Of a stretch of 64,000 nt of DNA, positions 19,033-28,151 are shown piece after piece; the stretch's first letter is position 1; each line of letters opens with the position of its first letter. The notes beneath the pieces were generated by a model. The model was not told where the DNA came from and ran no database searches. It saw only the letters and a program-made list of their open reading frames with translations. A program made the translations under genes and the position numbers. This DNA comes from Myxococcota bacterium (GTDB lineage: Bacteria > Myxococcota_A > UBA796 > UBA2385). Where the stretch lies: the NCBI GenBank assembly GCA_044344255.1, contig JBIJDH010000020.1, forward strand, positions 64,001 through 128,000, read 5' to 3'.

Positions 19033-20415
19033 GTGCTGCTCCTCACCGCCCTCGCCTGCCACCGCCCCGCGCCCGATCCCGTCGTGCTGATGATCAGCCT
19101 CGACACCACCCGGGCCGACGCGCTCGGCGCCTACGCCGACGTCGCCGGCTGGGGCCTCGAGCTCCCCGCGACCGACCGACCCGCCCCGCGCACCCCCCAC
19201 CTCGACGCCCTCGCCCAGCGCGGCGCCCGCTTCCAGTGGGCCCTCTCCCAGACCCCCACCACGCTGAGCTCGCACAGCTCGGTCTTCTCGGGGCAAGACC
19301 CCCACCAGCACCGGGTGCCGCGAAACGGCTTCCCCATCCCCGCCGATGTCCCCCTGCTCACCGAGCGCTTCGCCGCCGCCGGCTGGGACACCCTGGGCGT
19401 CGTGGGCGCGAGCGTGCTCTCTGCCGAGATGGGCCTCAACCGCGGCTTCTCCCACTACGATGACGCCGTCTCCCTCCAGGTTCGGCGGCGTTACGAAGAC
19501 CACGCTGACCGAGTCACCGACCGCGCCCTCGCCGCCGTCACCGACCACCACAGCGCCGGCCGCCCCCTCTTCCTCTTCGTCCACTACTTCGACGCCCACA
19601 GCCCCTGGGACTCCGCCCCCGCCGCCCTCCGCGCCGAGGCGCTGCCCCAGGGCTACCAGGGGGCGATCGACGGCAGCAGCGGCAGCCTCGACACCCTCAT
19701 CACCCTCTCGCGGGCCGGCCGCCTCGGTCAGGCCGATCGCCGCGCCGCGCGGGCCCTCTACCTCTCCGAGGTCGCCTGGGTGGATCAGGAGGTGGGGCGG
19801 CTGCTCCAGGGCCTCGATGACCGCGGGCTGCTCGACCAGGCGCTCATCGTCACCTTCGGCGACCACGGCGAGACGCTCGACGAGCTGCCCGGCCGGGCCT
19901 ACGGTCACGGCCTCGACGTCGAGCTCTTCGACCTGCACGTGCCCTTGATCTTCGCCGGTCCGGGCGTCCCGGTGGGCCTCACCGACGGGCGCCTCGTCCG
20001 CCTGCAAGACATCGGCTCCACCCTGCTCCCGCTCGCCGGCCTCGCGGGCGGCCTCGGGGAGGGGCGTGACCTCAGCCGGGCCTGGGCGCCGGGGGCCGCC
20101 GAGGAGGTAGATCCCCCCGCCTTCGCCGAGGCCACCAAGCCCGTCGATCCCGCCCCCGCCGCCTGGAACAACCTCCGCACCGCCCGCGCCGTCGCCGCCG
20201 AGGGCCTGCTCTACCGGCGCACCCCCTGGGCCGAGGCCCCGCCCACCCTCCGCCAGCGCAGCCCCGCCGCGCCGTTGGCCGCTGACCCCGCCGCCGAGGC
20301 CCGCCTCGACGCCCTCCTCACCGCCTGGGACGCCGCCGCCCCGCCGCCCCGCCTCGAGGACCTCTCCGAGGAGACTGAGGCCGGCCTCCAAGCGCTCGGC
20401 TACCTCGAGCGCTGA
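19033..20415 (+). CDS. Sulfatase-like / alkaline phosphatase superfamily lipoprotein
   Basis: ALAC lipobox; ISLDTTRAD; TPHLDALA; TLSSHSSVFSG; FVHYFDAH; FGDHGE; HVPLI; C-terminal LQALGYL. Confidence 0.85.
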   Translation: MLLLTALACHRPAPDPVVLMISLDTTRADALGAYADVAGWGLELPATDRPAPRTPHLDALAQRGARFQWALSQTPTTLSSHSSVFSGQDPHQHRVPRNGFPIPADVPLLTERFAAAGWDTLGVVGASVLSAEMGLNRGFSHYDDAVSLQVRRRYEDHADRVTDRALAAVTDHHSAGRPLFLFVHYFDAHSPWDSAPAALRAEALPQGYQGAIDGSSGSLDTLITLSRAGRLGQADRRAARALYLSEVAWVDQEVGRLLQGLDDRGLLDQALIVTFGDHGETLDELPGRAYGHGLDVELFDLHVPLIFAGPGVPVGLTDGRLVRLQDIGSTLLPLAGLAGGLGEGRDLSRAWAPGAAEEVDPPAFAEATKPVDPAPAAWNNLRTARAVAAEGLLYRRTPWAEAPPTLRQRSPAAPLAADPAAEARLDALLTAWDAAAPPPRLEDLSEETEAGLQALGYLER

Positions 20416-20454
20416 CCGGCGCGGCGGGAGCGGCGGGAGCGGCGGGCGCGGTGG

Positions 20455-21519
20455 TCAGAGGTCCAGGGTCCACTCGAGGGTGGCCTCTCCCGGCCCCGTG
20501 TCCTTGCGGGTCTCGAGCTTGAGCACGCCGCGCGGACAGACGTGGGCGCAGATGCCACAGCCGACGCAGCTCGCCCGCTTGAAGTCGAGGTTCTGCATCG
20601 CGTAGGCCCGCACGTCGATGCCCATCTCGCAGTGGGTCGAACAATTGCCGCAACTAATACACATGTCCTTCTTTACGGTGATGCGGAAGCGCCCGAATTT
20701 CTGGATGAGGCCGAGGAGGGCCGCCATCGGGCAGCCGAAGCGGCACCAGACGCGGGTGCCCATCAAGGGATAGAGCCCGGTGCCGATCACCCCCGAGAAG
20801 ATCGAGCCGATCGCGAAGCTGTAGACGCCCTTCGTCTGCTCGGCGAGGCCGCGGATGGCGCTGCCCTCGGCGGCGTAGGCCCCCCCGATGACGAGGCCGA
20901 GCATGAGCAGCGAGGCGGCGAGCACGAGGTGGACGCTCACCTGCTCGACGCGCCAGGCTCGGCTCGACTTGTCGGACAGGTGGCGCCAGGGGTCACCGAA
21001 GGTCTCGGCGAGGCCGCCGCAGCCGCAGATCCAGGAGCAGTAGGCCCGCTTGCCTTTAAAATAGACGAGCAGGGGCAGGCCGACGAGGCTCCCGAACACG
21101 AACCACACCGCCACCGCCACCGGCATCGCCGCCAGCGTGGAAGGGAAGAGCAGATCGTACTTCAGGGGGAAGAAGTAGGACAGGTAGTAGGCCGGTTTCC
21201 CCGCCACGTCGAGCGCGAGGGGGAGCAGGAAGGAGAGGACACACTGCACCGACACCAGCGTCAGCGTGCGGGCCCGGTGGTAGCGGCTGTTGCCGTGCTT
21301 CTTCAGCATGAACCAGCCGCCCACCATCATCGCCACCGTATAGAGGAGCCCGTAGAGGGTCCACTTGCTCGGCAGGTGGAGGGCCGCCGCCACCGGGCTC
21401 AAGTGCTCATAAAAATAGAGATCGACGTAGAACACGATCAAGACCGCAGACAGGAGCCAGGCGCCGAGCCCTCGGTTGCGGATGGATGCGTCACGGATGT
21501 TCAGCAGACCGGCCTGCAT
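20455..21519 (-). CDS. Membrane 4Fe-4S binding protein (NapH/MauN-like polyferredoxin)
   Basis: TM helices; YCSWICGCG; WCRFGCP; CISCGNCSTHC; CVGCGICAHVCP. Confidence 0.88.
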   Translation of the reverse strand: MQAGLLNIRDASIRNRGLGAWLLSAVLIVFYVDLYFYEHLSPVAAALHLPSKWTLYGLLYTVAMMVGGWFMLKKHGNSRYHRARTLTLVSVQCVLSFLLPLALDVAGKPAYYLSYFFPLKYDLLFPSTLAAMPVAVAVWFVFGSLVGLPLLVYFKGKRAYCSWICGCGGLAETFGDPWRHLSDKSSRAWRVEQVSVHLVLAASLLMLGLVIGGAYAAEGSAIRGLAEQTKGVYSFAIGSIFSGVIGTGLYPLMGTRVWCRFGCPMAALLGLIQKFGRFRITVKKDMCISCGNCSTHCEMGIDVRAYAMQNLDFKRASCVGCGICAHVCPRGVLKLETRKDTGPGEATLEWTLDL

Positions 21520-21520
21520 C

Positions 21521-22819
21521 TCAGGCTCCCTCGGTGAGGGTGGCGTCGGGGCGCACCCGGAAGGGGGGCATGAATTCTTCGTCGAAGCGGGCCTCCTCCA
21601 TGTGCTCCAGCGCCCAAGCGAGGGGCCGGCGCTCCGCGATCCAGCGCAGCCAGACCTGGTGGTCCCAGCGGGAGCCGAGGGCGTTCATCCCTCGGACCAC
21701 GCCGTCCTTACAGACCACCCGCAGCGTCACCGCCGAGCCGGGCTCGTGCTGGTACCAGGTCGACCAGCCCGGCCCGAGCTTCGGCTCGCTCGGGGGGATC
21801 CAGCCCGCCGTCGTGTACTCGACGTCGAAGAACTTGGCCGAATTGTAGAAGGTGCTCCGTCGATACGTGATCGCATCGCCGAGCATCGCCCGGCCGGCCG
21901 CCCGCCCCTGGTCACGGGCGGTGTACCAGAGCTGCTCCGGCCGCCGACTGCCGTCGGGCCAGGTGACCACCGCGCAGTCGCCCGCCGCATAGACGCCCTC
22001 GGCGCTGATCGAGGAGAGGTCGTCCTTCGTCTCGACGCCCCCGCTCTTGGGGTCGAGCGCCACGCCGCTCCCGGCGAGGAAGCCCGTGTTCGGAACGACG
22101 CCGATCGCCGCCACGACGAGGTCGACCGTGAGCTCGCCGTTGATCTGCCACCCGCCCCCCTGCCGCTCCAGCCGCTCGACCGGGTAGCCCGTCCGGCAGT
22201 CCACCCCGTGCCCGCGGATGTGCGCCGCCACCACGCCCGCCTCGCGGTCGTCGAGGGCCACGGGGAAGTACCAGGGCTCGCGGATGAGGAAGTGGGTGCG
22301 GAGGCCGCGCAGGCGCAGCACCTCGGCGGCCTCCACCCCGATCAGCCCGCCGCCGATCACCGCCACCGACATCCCGGGGCGCGCCGCCCGATCGAGGGCC
22401 TCATAGTCGGCGAGGGTGACGAACTGGTGCACTCCGCCCTCACCGGGGACCCCGGCCGCGACGCCCCCATCGAGACCCGGGTGGGGGAGCGGTCGGGCGC
22501 GGCTCCCGACGGCGAGCAGCAGCCGATCGTAGGAGAGGACCTCGCCCGAGCGGGTGTGGAGCCGGCGCGCGCCGCTGTCGAGGCCGACGACGAGGTCTCG
22601 CACGCGGCGCAGGCGCAGGCGCGTGTACAGGTCCCGATCGTAGAACTCGGTGTCCTTCAGGCGGAGCTGGCCCGCGAACAGGTACATCAAGGAGACGCGG
22701 GCGAAGGGGTGGTCGTGCTCGTAGGAGACCACCGTGATCTCGGCGCGGGCGTCGCGCTTCCGGATCGCGATCGCCGCCTCGATGCCCGCGACGCTGTTCC
22801 CGACGATGACGAAGTGCAT
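21521..22819 (-). CDS. FAD/NAD(P)-dependent oxidoreductase (pyridine nucleotide-disulfide family)
   Basis: VIVGNSVAG, YDRLLLAVGS, IGGGLIGVE, IGVVPN and VYAAGDCA. Confidence 0.88.
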   Translation of the reverse strand: MHFVIVGNSVAGIEAAIAIRKRDARAEITVVSYEHDHPFARVSLMYLFAGQLRLKDTEFYDRDLYTRLRLRRVRDLVVGLDSGARRLHTRSGEVLSYDRLLLAVGSRARPLPHPGLDGGVAAGVPGEGGVHQFVTLADYEALDRAARPGMSVAVIGGGLIGVEAAEVLRLRGLRTHFLIREPWYFPVALDDREAGVVAAHIRGHGVDCRTGYPVERLERQGGGWQINGELTVDLVVAAIGVVPNTGFLAGSGVALDPKSGGVETKDDLSSISAEGVYAAGDCAVVTWPDGSRRPEQLWYTARDQGRAAGRAMLGDAITYRRSTFYNSAKFFDVEYTTAGWIPPSEPKLGPGWSTWYQHEPGSAVTLRVVCKDGVVRGMNALGSRWDHQVWLRWIAERRPLAWALEHMEEARFDEEFMPPFRVRPDATLTEGA

Positions 22820-22948
22820 GGGGCCCGAGGGGGCTCGCCAGCGGGGGTGGGCGAGCGCTGCCTCCGCCCGTAACGGCGCGCGCGGGGCCAGGGCAGGCCA
22901 GGTCGGACGGGGGGCGCTTCGGGTCTCTGTCGCGGCGCCTCCCCTGTG

Positions 22949-23014
22949 GTCCCGCTGAAGGGAGTCCCGCTGACGGTTGTCCCGCGGAAGGGGGTCCCCC
23001 CGACCACCGTCAGC
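22949..23014. repeat. Structured intergenic element: 22-bp direct repeat (30-bp period) overlapping a 13-bp inverted repeat
   Basis: GTCCCGCTGAAGGGAGTCCCGC (22949) and GTCCCGCGGAAGGGGGTCCCCC (22979). GCTGACGGTTGTC (22969-22981) pairs with GACCACCGTCAGC (23002-23014) with 1 mismatch. Confidence 0.7.
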
Positions 23015-23082
23015 CTGGCATCCATCAAAACTGCATGATATTGGCCTTGATTCGGGTAGAATCCATCAGAATTGAGGTACCC

Positions 23083-23379
23083 TTGGACGACCTCCTCCTC
23101 GCGCTCACCCCCGCCGACGTCGAGGCTGCGCTGGCGCGTCGCCTCCGCGACGCGAGGCGGGCCCGGGGGTGGACCCAGGCCGAGCTGGCGACGCGGAGCG
23201 GCCTGTCTGTGGCGACGGTCGCCCGGCTCGAGCAGTCGGGACAGGGGCAGCTCTCGTCGCTCATCCACCTGTGCGGGGCGCTCGGACGCCTCGATGACTT
23301 CGACGCCGTGCTGAAGTCCACAGCCCCGTCGTCGCTCGCCGAGCTCCGTCGTCGGCAGGGTCGCGGGGGGGCCCTGTGA
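23083..23379 (+). CDS. XRE-family HTH protein, HipB-like antitoxin
   Basis: LRDARRARGWTQAELATRSGLSVATVARLE; GAGGT RBS before a TTG start; GTGA overlap with the toxin gene. Confidence 0.85.
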   Translation: MDDLLLALTPADVEAALARRLRDARRARGWTQAELATRSGLSVATVARLEQSGQGQLSSLIHLCGALGRLDDFDAVLKSTAPSSLAELRRRQGRGGAL

Positions 23380-24635
23380 GGGAGCTCCGCGTCCACCTGC
23401 GCTTCTCGGAGGCAGAGGTCCACAGCGTCGGCACCCTGGCCGACGACGGCCACCGGGTCTGGTTCGAGTACGATCCTGCCTTCGCCGCGGGGCGGATGGA
23501 GATCTCCCCCCTGCGCCTCCCGCTCACGCGGTCTGGGCTGATCGAGCACCGGGTCACCGCCGGGGCCCCCATCCCGGGCGTGTTCAACGATGCCCGCCCC
23601 GAGGGCTGGGGCCTCAAGCTGCTGCATCGCGCCTTCCAGCGGAAGGGCAGGCCCGCGTCGTCGGTCTCGCCGCTCGAGGAGCTCGCCTTCCTCGGCCAAC
23701 ACACCATGGGCGCGCTGGTGTTCGAGCCATGCACCGGCCCGTCGGGCGACCTCGACGAGGCCGTCGCGCTCGCGGCGCTCGCCGCGCACGCCCAGACCGT
23801 CTGGGACGACCGTGTTCAGGTGGTGTTGCCGCACCTTGTCCGCGCAGGCGGCCCGTCCGGCGGTGCGCGGCCGAAGGCGCTCGTCGGGCTGCGCGCCGAT
23901 GGCGAGCCAGGCATCCGCTACGGTGAGGGTGAGCTCCCGGAAGGCTGGGACGCCTGGCTCGTGAAGTTCCCGACGAGCACCGACGATGCCGACGTCGGTC
24001 GCCGCGAGGCCGCCTGGATGGCGATGGCTCGCTCCGCGGGGATCGATGTACCTGAGTTTCGGGTGATCGCGCTCGAGGGGGTCGGCGACGCCTTCGCGGT
24101 GCGGAGGTTCGATCGCCCGGGTGGGGGTCGCCGGCGGCACATGCTCTCTGCGGCGGGCGCGCTCGACGCCGACTTTCGCACACCCGCTGCCGACTACGAG
24201 CACCTTCTCCGGATAACATCGCACCTCTGCGGGGGTGACCAATCGCAGATCCTGGCGATGTTCCGTCTGGCCTCCTTCAACGTGCTGGCGCTGAACGACG
24301 ACGACCACCTGAAGAACTTCGCCTGGCTCCTCGGACCCGACGGCGCGTGGCGGCTCGCGCCCGGCTTCGACCTCACCTACGCGCCCCGCCCCGACGGTGA
24401 GCGGTGGACCACCGTGGCGGGCGCGGGGCGGTCCATCGGCGGGGAGCACCTGCTCGCGCTCGCGGCCAGGGTCGGGATCAAGCCGCGCGCGGCACGACAG
24501 GCGCTGGAGGAGGTGAGCTCCGCGACGGCCGAGGTCCAGGCGCACCTCGGGCAGGCCGGTTGCCTCGGACCGGTCTCAGAGGCCGCCGCGGAGGCCGTAC
24601 AACAAGCGACGGCGAGGGTTCGCGGCGCGGCCTGA
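23376..24635 (+). CDS. hipA: HipA-family kinase toxin (type II TA)
   Basis: N-terminal couple_hipA-like region (VGTL..FEYD, ISPLRLP); GGARPK; WLVKF; RRFDR; NDDDHLKNF; LAPGFDL. Confidence 0.9.
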   Translation: MRELRVHLRFSEAEVHSVGTLADDGHRVWFEYDPAFAAGRMEISPLRLPLTRSGLIEHRVTAGAPIPGVFNDARPEGWGLKLLHRAFQRKGRPASSVSPLEELAFLGQHTMGALVFEPCTGPSGDLDEAVALAALAAHAQTVWDDRVQVVLPHLVRAGGPSGGARPKALVGLRADGEPGIRYGEGELPEGWDAWLVKFPTSTDDADVGRREAAWMAMARSAGIDVPEFRVIALEGVGDAFAVRRFDRPGGGRRRHMLSAAGALDADFRTPAADYEHLLRITSHLCGGDQSQILAMFRLASFNVLALNDDDHLKNFAWLLGPDGAWRLAPGFDLTYAPRPDGERWTTVAGAGRSIGGEHLLALAARVGIKPRAARQALEEVSSATAEVQAHLGQAGCLGPVSEAAAEAVQQATARVRGAA

Positions 24636-24659
24636 CGAGGCGGGGCCGATCGGCCGGGC

Positions 24660-25538
24660 TCAATCGGGCGAGAGGAGGCCCTCCACCGCGCGCTGAACCG
24701 CCTCCACCTCGAGCCCGGCGAGGCAGGCGTGGTCCCCGATCGGACAGACCTCCCCCCCAAAGCGGCTGCAGGGGCGACAGGGCAGCGCGCGCTCGAGGGC
24801 CACCCCCGGATAGGCCCAGAAGCCGTCGGCGGAGGTCGTCGGCCCGAAGAGGCCGACCACCGGCATCCCCGCGGCGGCGCAGAGGTGCAGGAGCCCGGTG
24901 TCTCCGGCCACCGCGAGGCGGCCGCGGCCGAGCGCCGCGAAGGTGGCCTGAAAGCCCGCCTCGGCGACCACCTCCGCCCGGGGGCCGATAGACCTCCCGA
25001 GCGCCTCGAGCAGCGGCCGCTCCGCCTCGCTGCCGAGCAGCAGGAGCGGCCCCGGCAGGCCCTGGGCCAGCGCCGCCCAGCGCTCGGCCGACCAGCGCTT
25101 GGTGGCCCAGGCGGCCCCCGGACAGAGGAGGATCGTGTCGCGCGGCCCCTTCACGTCGATCCAAGGCAGCGGCGCCACCGGCACCCCCGCCGCCGCCGCG
25201 TAACGGTCGACCACCCGCGGCGGCGGGGCCCCCACCTTGAGCCAGACGCGCAGACGGCGCCGCAGGTCCCAGCGGGCGACGGTGCGCCGAGGCAGGCCAC
25301 GGCCCACAGCCCGGCTGCGGAGCGAGCCCGCGAGGTCGACCACCTGCGAGAGGCCCGCGGGCATCGGATCTCCCGGAGAGATCACCCCCACCACGCCGGG
25401 GAGGCGTAAGGCGAGCTCCCGGTAGCGGGCGTGGGTGTAAAAGACCACCTCACCGAGGCCGCCGGTCACGGCGCCGGCCAGCACCACGTCTCCGAGCGAC
25501 GAGGGGCGGATGACCAGCGTCCGGCCTCCACCGCTCAT
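24660..25538 (-). CDS. Glycosyltransferase family 9 (heptosyltransferase-like)
   Basis: IRPSSLGDVV, PGAAWATKRW, GDTGLLHL, LFGPT and LPCRPCS. Confidence 0.88.
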   Translation of the reverse strand: MSGGGRTLVIRPSSLGDVVLAGAVTGGLGEVVFYTHARYRELALRLPGVVGVISPGDPMPAGLSQVVDLAGSLRSRAVGRGLPRRTVARWDLRRRLRVWLKVGAPPPRVVDRYAAAAGVPVAPLPWIDVKGPRDTILLCPGAAWATKRWSAERWAALAQGLPGPLLLLGSEAERPLLEALGRSIGPRAEVVAEAGFQATFAALGRGRLAVAGDTGLLHLCAAAGMPVVGLFGPTTSADGFWAYPGVALERALPCRPCSRFGGEVCPIGDHACLAGLEVEAVQRAVEGLLSPD

Positions 25539-25555
25539 GCACCCGTCGCCCTCCA

Positions 25556-25595
25556 CCCGGCCCCCCTCACCATGTCCCGGCCTCCCTCACCATGT
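25556..25595. repeat. 20-bp tandem duplication CCCGGCC(C/T)CCCTCACCATGT x2, spanning the stop codon of the TPR gene
   Basis: Units at 25556-25575 and 25576-25595, 1 mismatch. Confidence 0.9.
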
Positions 25596-27617
25596 GGTGA
25601 GGAAGCGGTCCACCTCTTCACGCTCCAACATGCCGAGCGAGAACTGGAGACAGTTGGAGCAGATATCGACGTGCCCGAGGCGGAAGAGCCCGCTCACCTC
25701 GAAGGGGGAGCGCCCGCAGAGCTTGCAGGTGGCGTCGTCGGGGGCGGCCATCGAGGCGCGGCTGTGGCTGATCTTGAGGACACACTTGTCACAGATCACC
25801 ACGTCGCCGCCCGCCATCATGTGGGTCACCTCCCCGGGCTGCCGGTTGCAGGTGCTGCACCGCGTCTCCTCGCCGTCCGAGACCCGCCGCGGCCGCGCCG
25901 GCCCCGAGGGCGGGGTGACCTGGTTGAGCAGGTGGTCGACGATCGCGGTGGCGCCGCGCAGCACGGCGCGGTCGTGGAGGCGGCGGGTGGCCTCGGGCTC
26001 GCCGTACATGGCGAGGGCGGCCCAGGCGGCCACCGAGAGCTCCGGGTCTGCCACCTCGGCCCAGCGGCGGAGCAGCTCCTTGCCGGCGGCGCTGCGGCGG
26101 AGGCCGATCGAGAGCAGGAGCAGGGCCTGATAGGCGCGGGCGCCGTTCCGCTCGGCGTCGAGGTTGCGGCGGTGCGCGGTGACGTCGTGGGCCGGCGGGT
26201 AGCGGTCGACGGCGGCCCGCTTGAGGTCGGACTCCTCGAGCTGCAGCCCGGAGATGAGCACGGGCTCGGGCACAGCGGGGGCCGCGGAGAGGGCGAGGCC
26301 GCCGAGGTTGACGCCGAAGTGGCGGCCGGGCTCGCGCAGGCGCACGCTGGCGGCGTCGGCCACCTGGCTGGTCGACAGGTTGCAGGCCGCCTCCCAGAGC
26401 TGGAAGCGCAGCGCCTCGTCCTGGCTGCGGTCGATGGTGGCGAGCATCGGCCCCACGGTGGAGGGGCCCACAGCCCGCAGCTCGTCGAGGATCACGCGCA
26501 CCCGCTCCCGGGTGCGGCCGCGGGCGTCGTCGGCGCCGCCGGGGGGCAGCCGGTCGTAGCCGCCGACCTCGGACTCCAGCGCCATCACGAGCCAGCGCAC
26601 GTCGCCGCCGATGCGCCGGGCGCGGGCGAGCTCGATGTAGCTCGGCAGGTGGCCCGGGTGGTCCTTCAGGGCCTCGCGGAAGACGCGCAGGGCCTCGTTC
26701 GGCTCACCCTCCTCGAGCAGCGTGCAGCCGAGGGCGTGGCGGGCCAACACATCGTCGGGATCGGCGAGCAGGGCCTGATGGCAGGCCTCGCGGGCCCGCG
26801 GATACTCCCCGAGCTGGAACCAGGCCATCGCCATCCGGGCGAGCACCTTCGGATCATCCGGCTTCTCGCGCAGATACTGCCGAAAGTGCTGGATGGCGTT
26901 GTTGTACTTGCCGAGCTCGTACGCGACGAGGCCGAGGTGAAAGCGGGCCAAGGCGGCGTACTTCGGCTGCTCGCGCAGACGGAGGAAGAACTTCTCGGCC
27001 TCCTTGTGCCGCCCGGTGAGCATGCAGGTGATGCCGAGGTCGCGCAGCAGCAGCGGGAGCTGGTCGGGGGCGGGGTCGCGCTTGAGCGTCTGGACGAAGT
27101 GGTACTGGGCCCGCTCGACGAGCCGCTTCGGGTGCCCCTTCCGACGGGCGAGGTCGAGCAGGGCGTGGCCGAGCTCGAGGTGGGTCTCCCAGGAGTCGGC
27201 GGCGAGCCGGCAGGCGCTCTCGAGCTGGCGGACGGCCTGGCCCGCCTCGTCGCGGAGGAGGTCGAGGCGGCCGAGCGCGAGGCGGAGGTCGGCCCGCTCC
27301 CCGTCGATGCGCACCGCCTGGTCAAGGTAACGGGTGGCGGCCTTGGGGCGATCGATGCCGATCAGGGAGAGCCCGGCCAGCACCAGGGCCTCGGCGTTGG
27401 AGGGGTCGTCGTTGAGCGCCTTCCGCGCCAGCGCCAGCGCCCGATTGCAGTCCTGCTCCCCGCCGCTGTGGTACAGCCCGCGCGAGAGCACCGCCCGCGC
27501 GAGCTCGATGCGAGAGGCCGGGTCGTCGGGAGAGCCGTGGATACGGTCCTCCAGCCGGCTGATCGTCCAGTCGAGCTTGGTGTGCGGGAAGAGGGTGTGT
27601 AGCGGCGGGGTCGTCAT
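25587..27617 (-). CDS. TPR-repeat protein with two C-terminal ClpX-type C4 zinc fingers
   Basis: Multiple TPR-like helices, then CSTC..MMAGGDVVICDKC and CKLC..LFRLGHVDICSNC. Confidence 0.82.
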   Translation of the reverse strand: MTTPPLHTLFPHTKLDWTISRLEDRIHGSPDDPASRIELARAVLSRGLYHSGGEQDCNRALALARKALNDDPSNAEALVLAGLSLIGIDRPKAATRYLDQAVRIDGERADLRLALGRLDLLRDEAGQAVRQLESACRLAADSWETHLELGHALLDLARRKGHPKRLVERAQYHFVQTLKRDPAPDQLPLLLRDLGITCMLTGRHKEAEKFFLRLREQPKYAALARFHLGLVAYELGKYNNAIQHFRQYLREKPDDPKVLARMAMAWFQLGEYPRAREACHQALLADPDDVLARHALGCTLLEEGEPNEALRVFREALKDHPGHLPSYIELARARRIGGDVRWLVMALESEVGGYDRLPPGGADDARGRTRERVRVILDELRAVGPSTVGPMLATIDRSQDEALRFQLWEAACNLSTSQVADAASVRLREPGRHFGVNLGGLALSAAPAVPEPVLISGLQLEESDLKRAAVDRYPPAHDVTAHRRNLDAERNGARAYQALLLLSIGLRRSAAGKELLRRWAEVADPELSVAAWAALAMYGEPEATRRLHDRAVLRGATAIVDHLLNQVTPPSGPARPRRVSDGEETRCSTCNRQPGEVTHMMAGGDVVICDKCVLKISHSRASMAAPDDATCKLCGRSPFEVSGLFRLGHVDICSNCLQFSLGMLEREEVDRFLTTW

Positions 27618-27697
27618 CCGCAGGCGCTCAGAGTTGACGGGTGATCGGCGAGGCTATCTCACTTTCACCCGCGCGGCCCTCTGGCCTTCCGCCGCCG

Positions 27698-28063
27698 TCA
27701 ATAGAAGAGCAGGCCCCACTCCTCGTTCACGACCCTCTGAAACTCTGCGTCGAAGGTTCCTTCCTGCTCGAAGATCACCTCGGCCGCCACCTTGCGCAGC
27801 TCTTGGATACCGATGCGACCGTTCGGAACGGCGAGGTCGAGCAGGCGATCATTGACGAGGTTGAGCAGCCGGTCGTCGAGGTGGCCGAGCTCCACGAGCA
27901 GATCGAGCATCGCGCTGGCGCCGGGATCGACCTCGAGCACGAGCGGGGGCGGCCGCGGCGGCGCGGCGGGGCCCTCGAGCCCCCGCGCCTCCGCGGACTT
28001 GCGGTCGTTCGGCCTGCGGTCTGCGGCGGCCCGGTCTCCCGGGCTCCGATCGGACGGTCTCAT
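27698..28063 (-). CDS. Small protein resembling the C-terminal half of Smg (DUF494)
   Basis: GAGGT RBS then ATG at 28063. ASAMLDLLVELGHLD..LVNDRLLDL..IGIQELRKVAAEVIF resembles Smg. It lies directly downstream of dprA. Confidence 0.55.
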   Translation of the reverse strand: MRPSDRSPGDRAAADRRPNDRKSAEARGLEGPAAPPRPPPLVLEVDPGASAMLDLLVELGHLDDRLLNLVNDRLLDLAVPNGRIGIQELRKVAAEVIFEQEGTFDAEFQRVVNEEWGLLFY

Positions 28064-28151
28064 CAGCACCTCTGGGGCGACGGCTAACCTCCGACGGGCG
28101 CCGAGGCCCCGCGGCGCCGCGCCTCCGGTCCTCCGCCCTCGCCCCTGCGCC

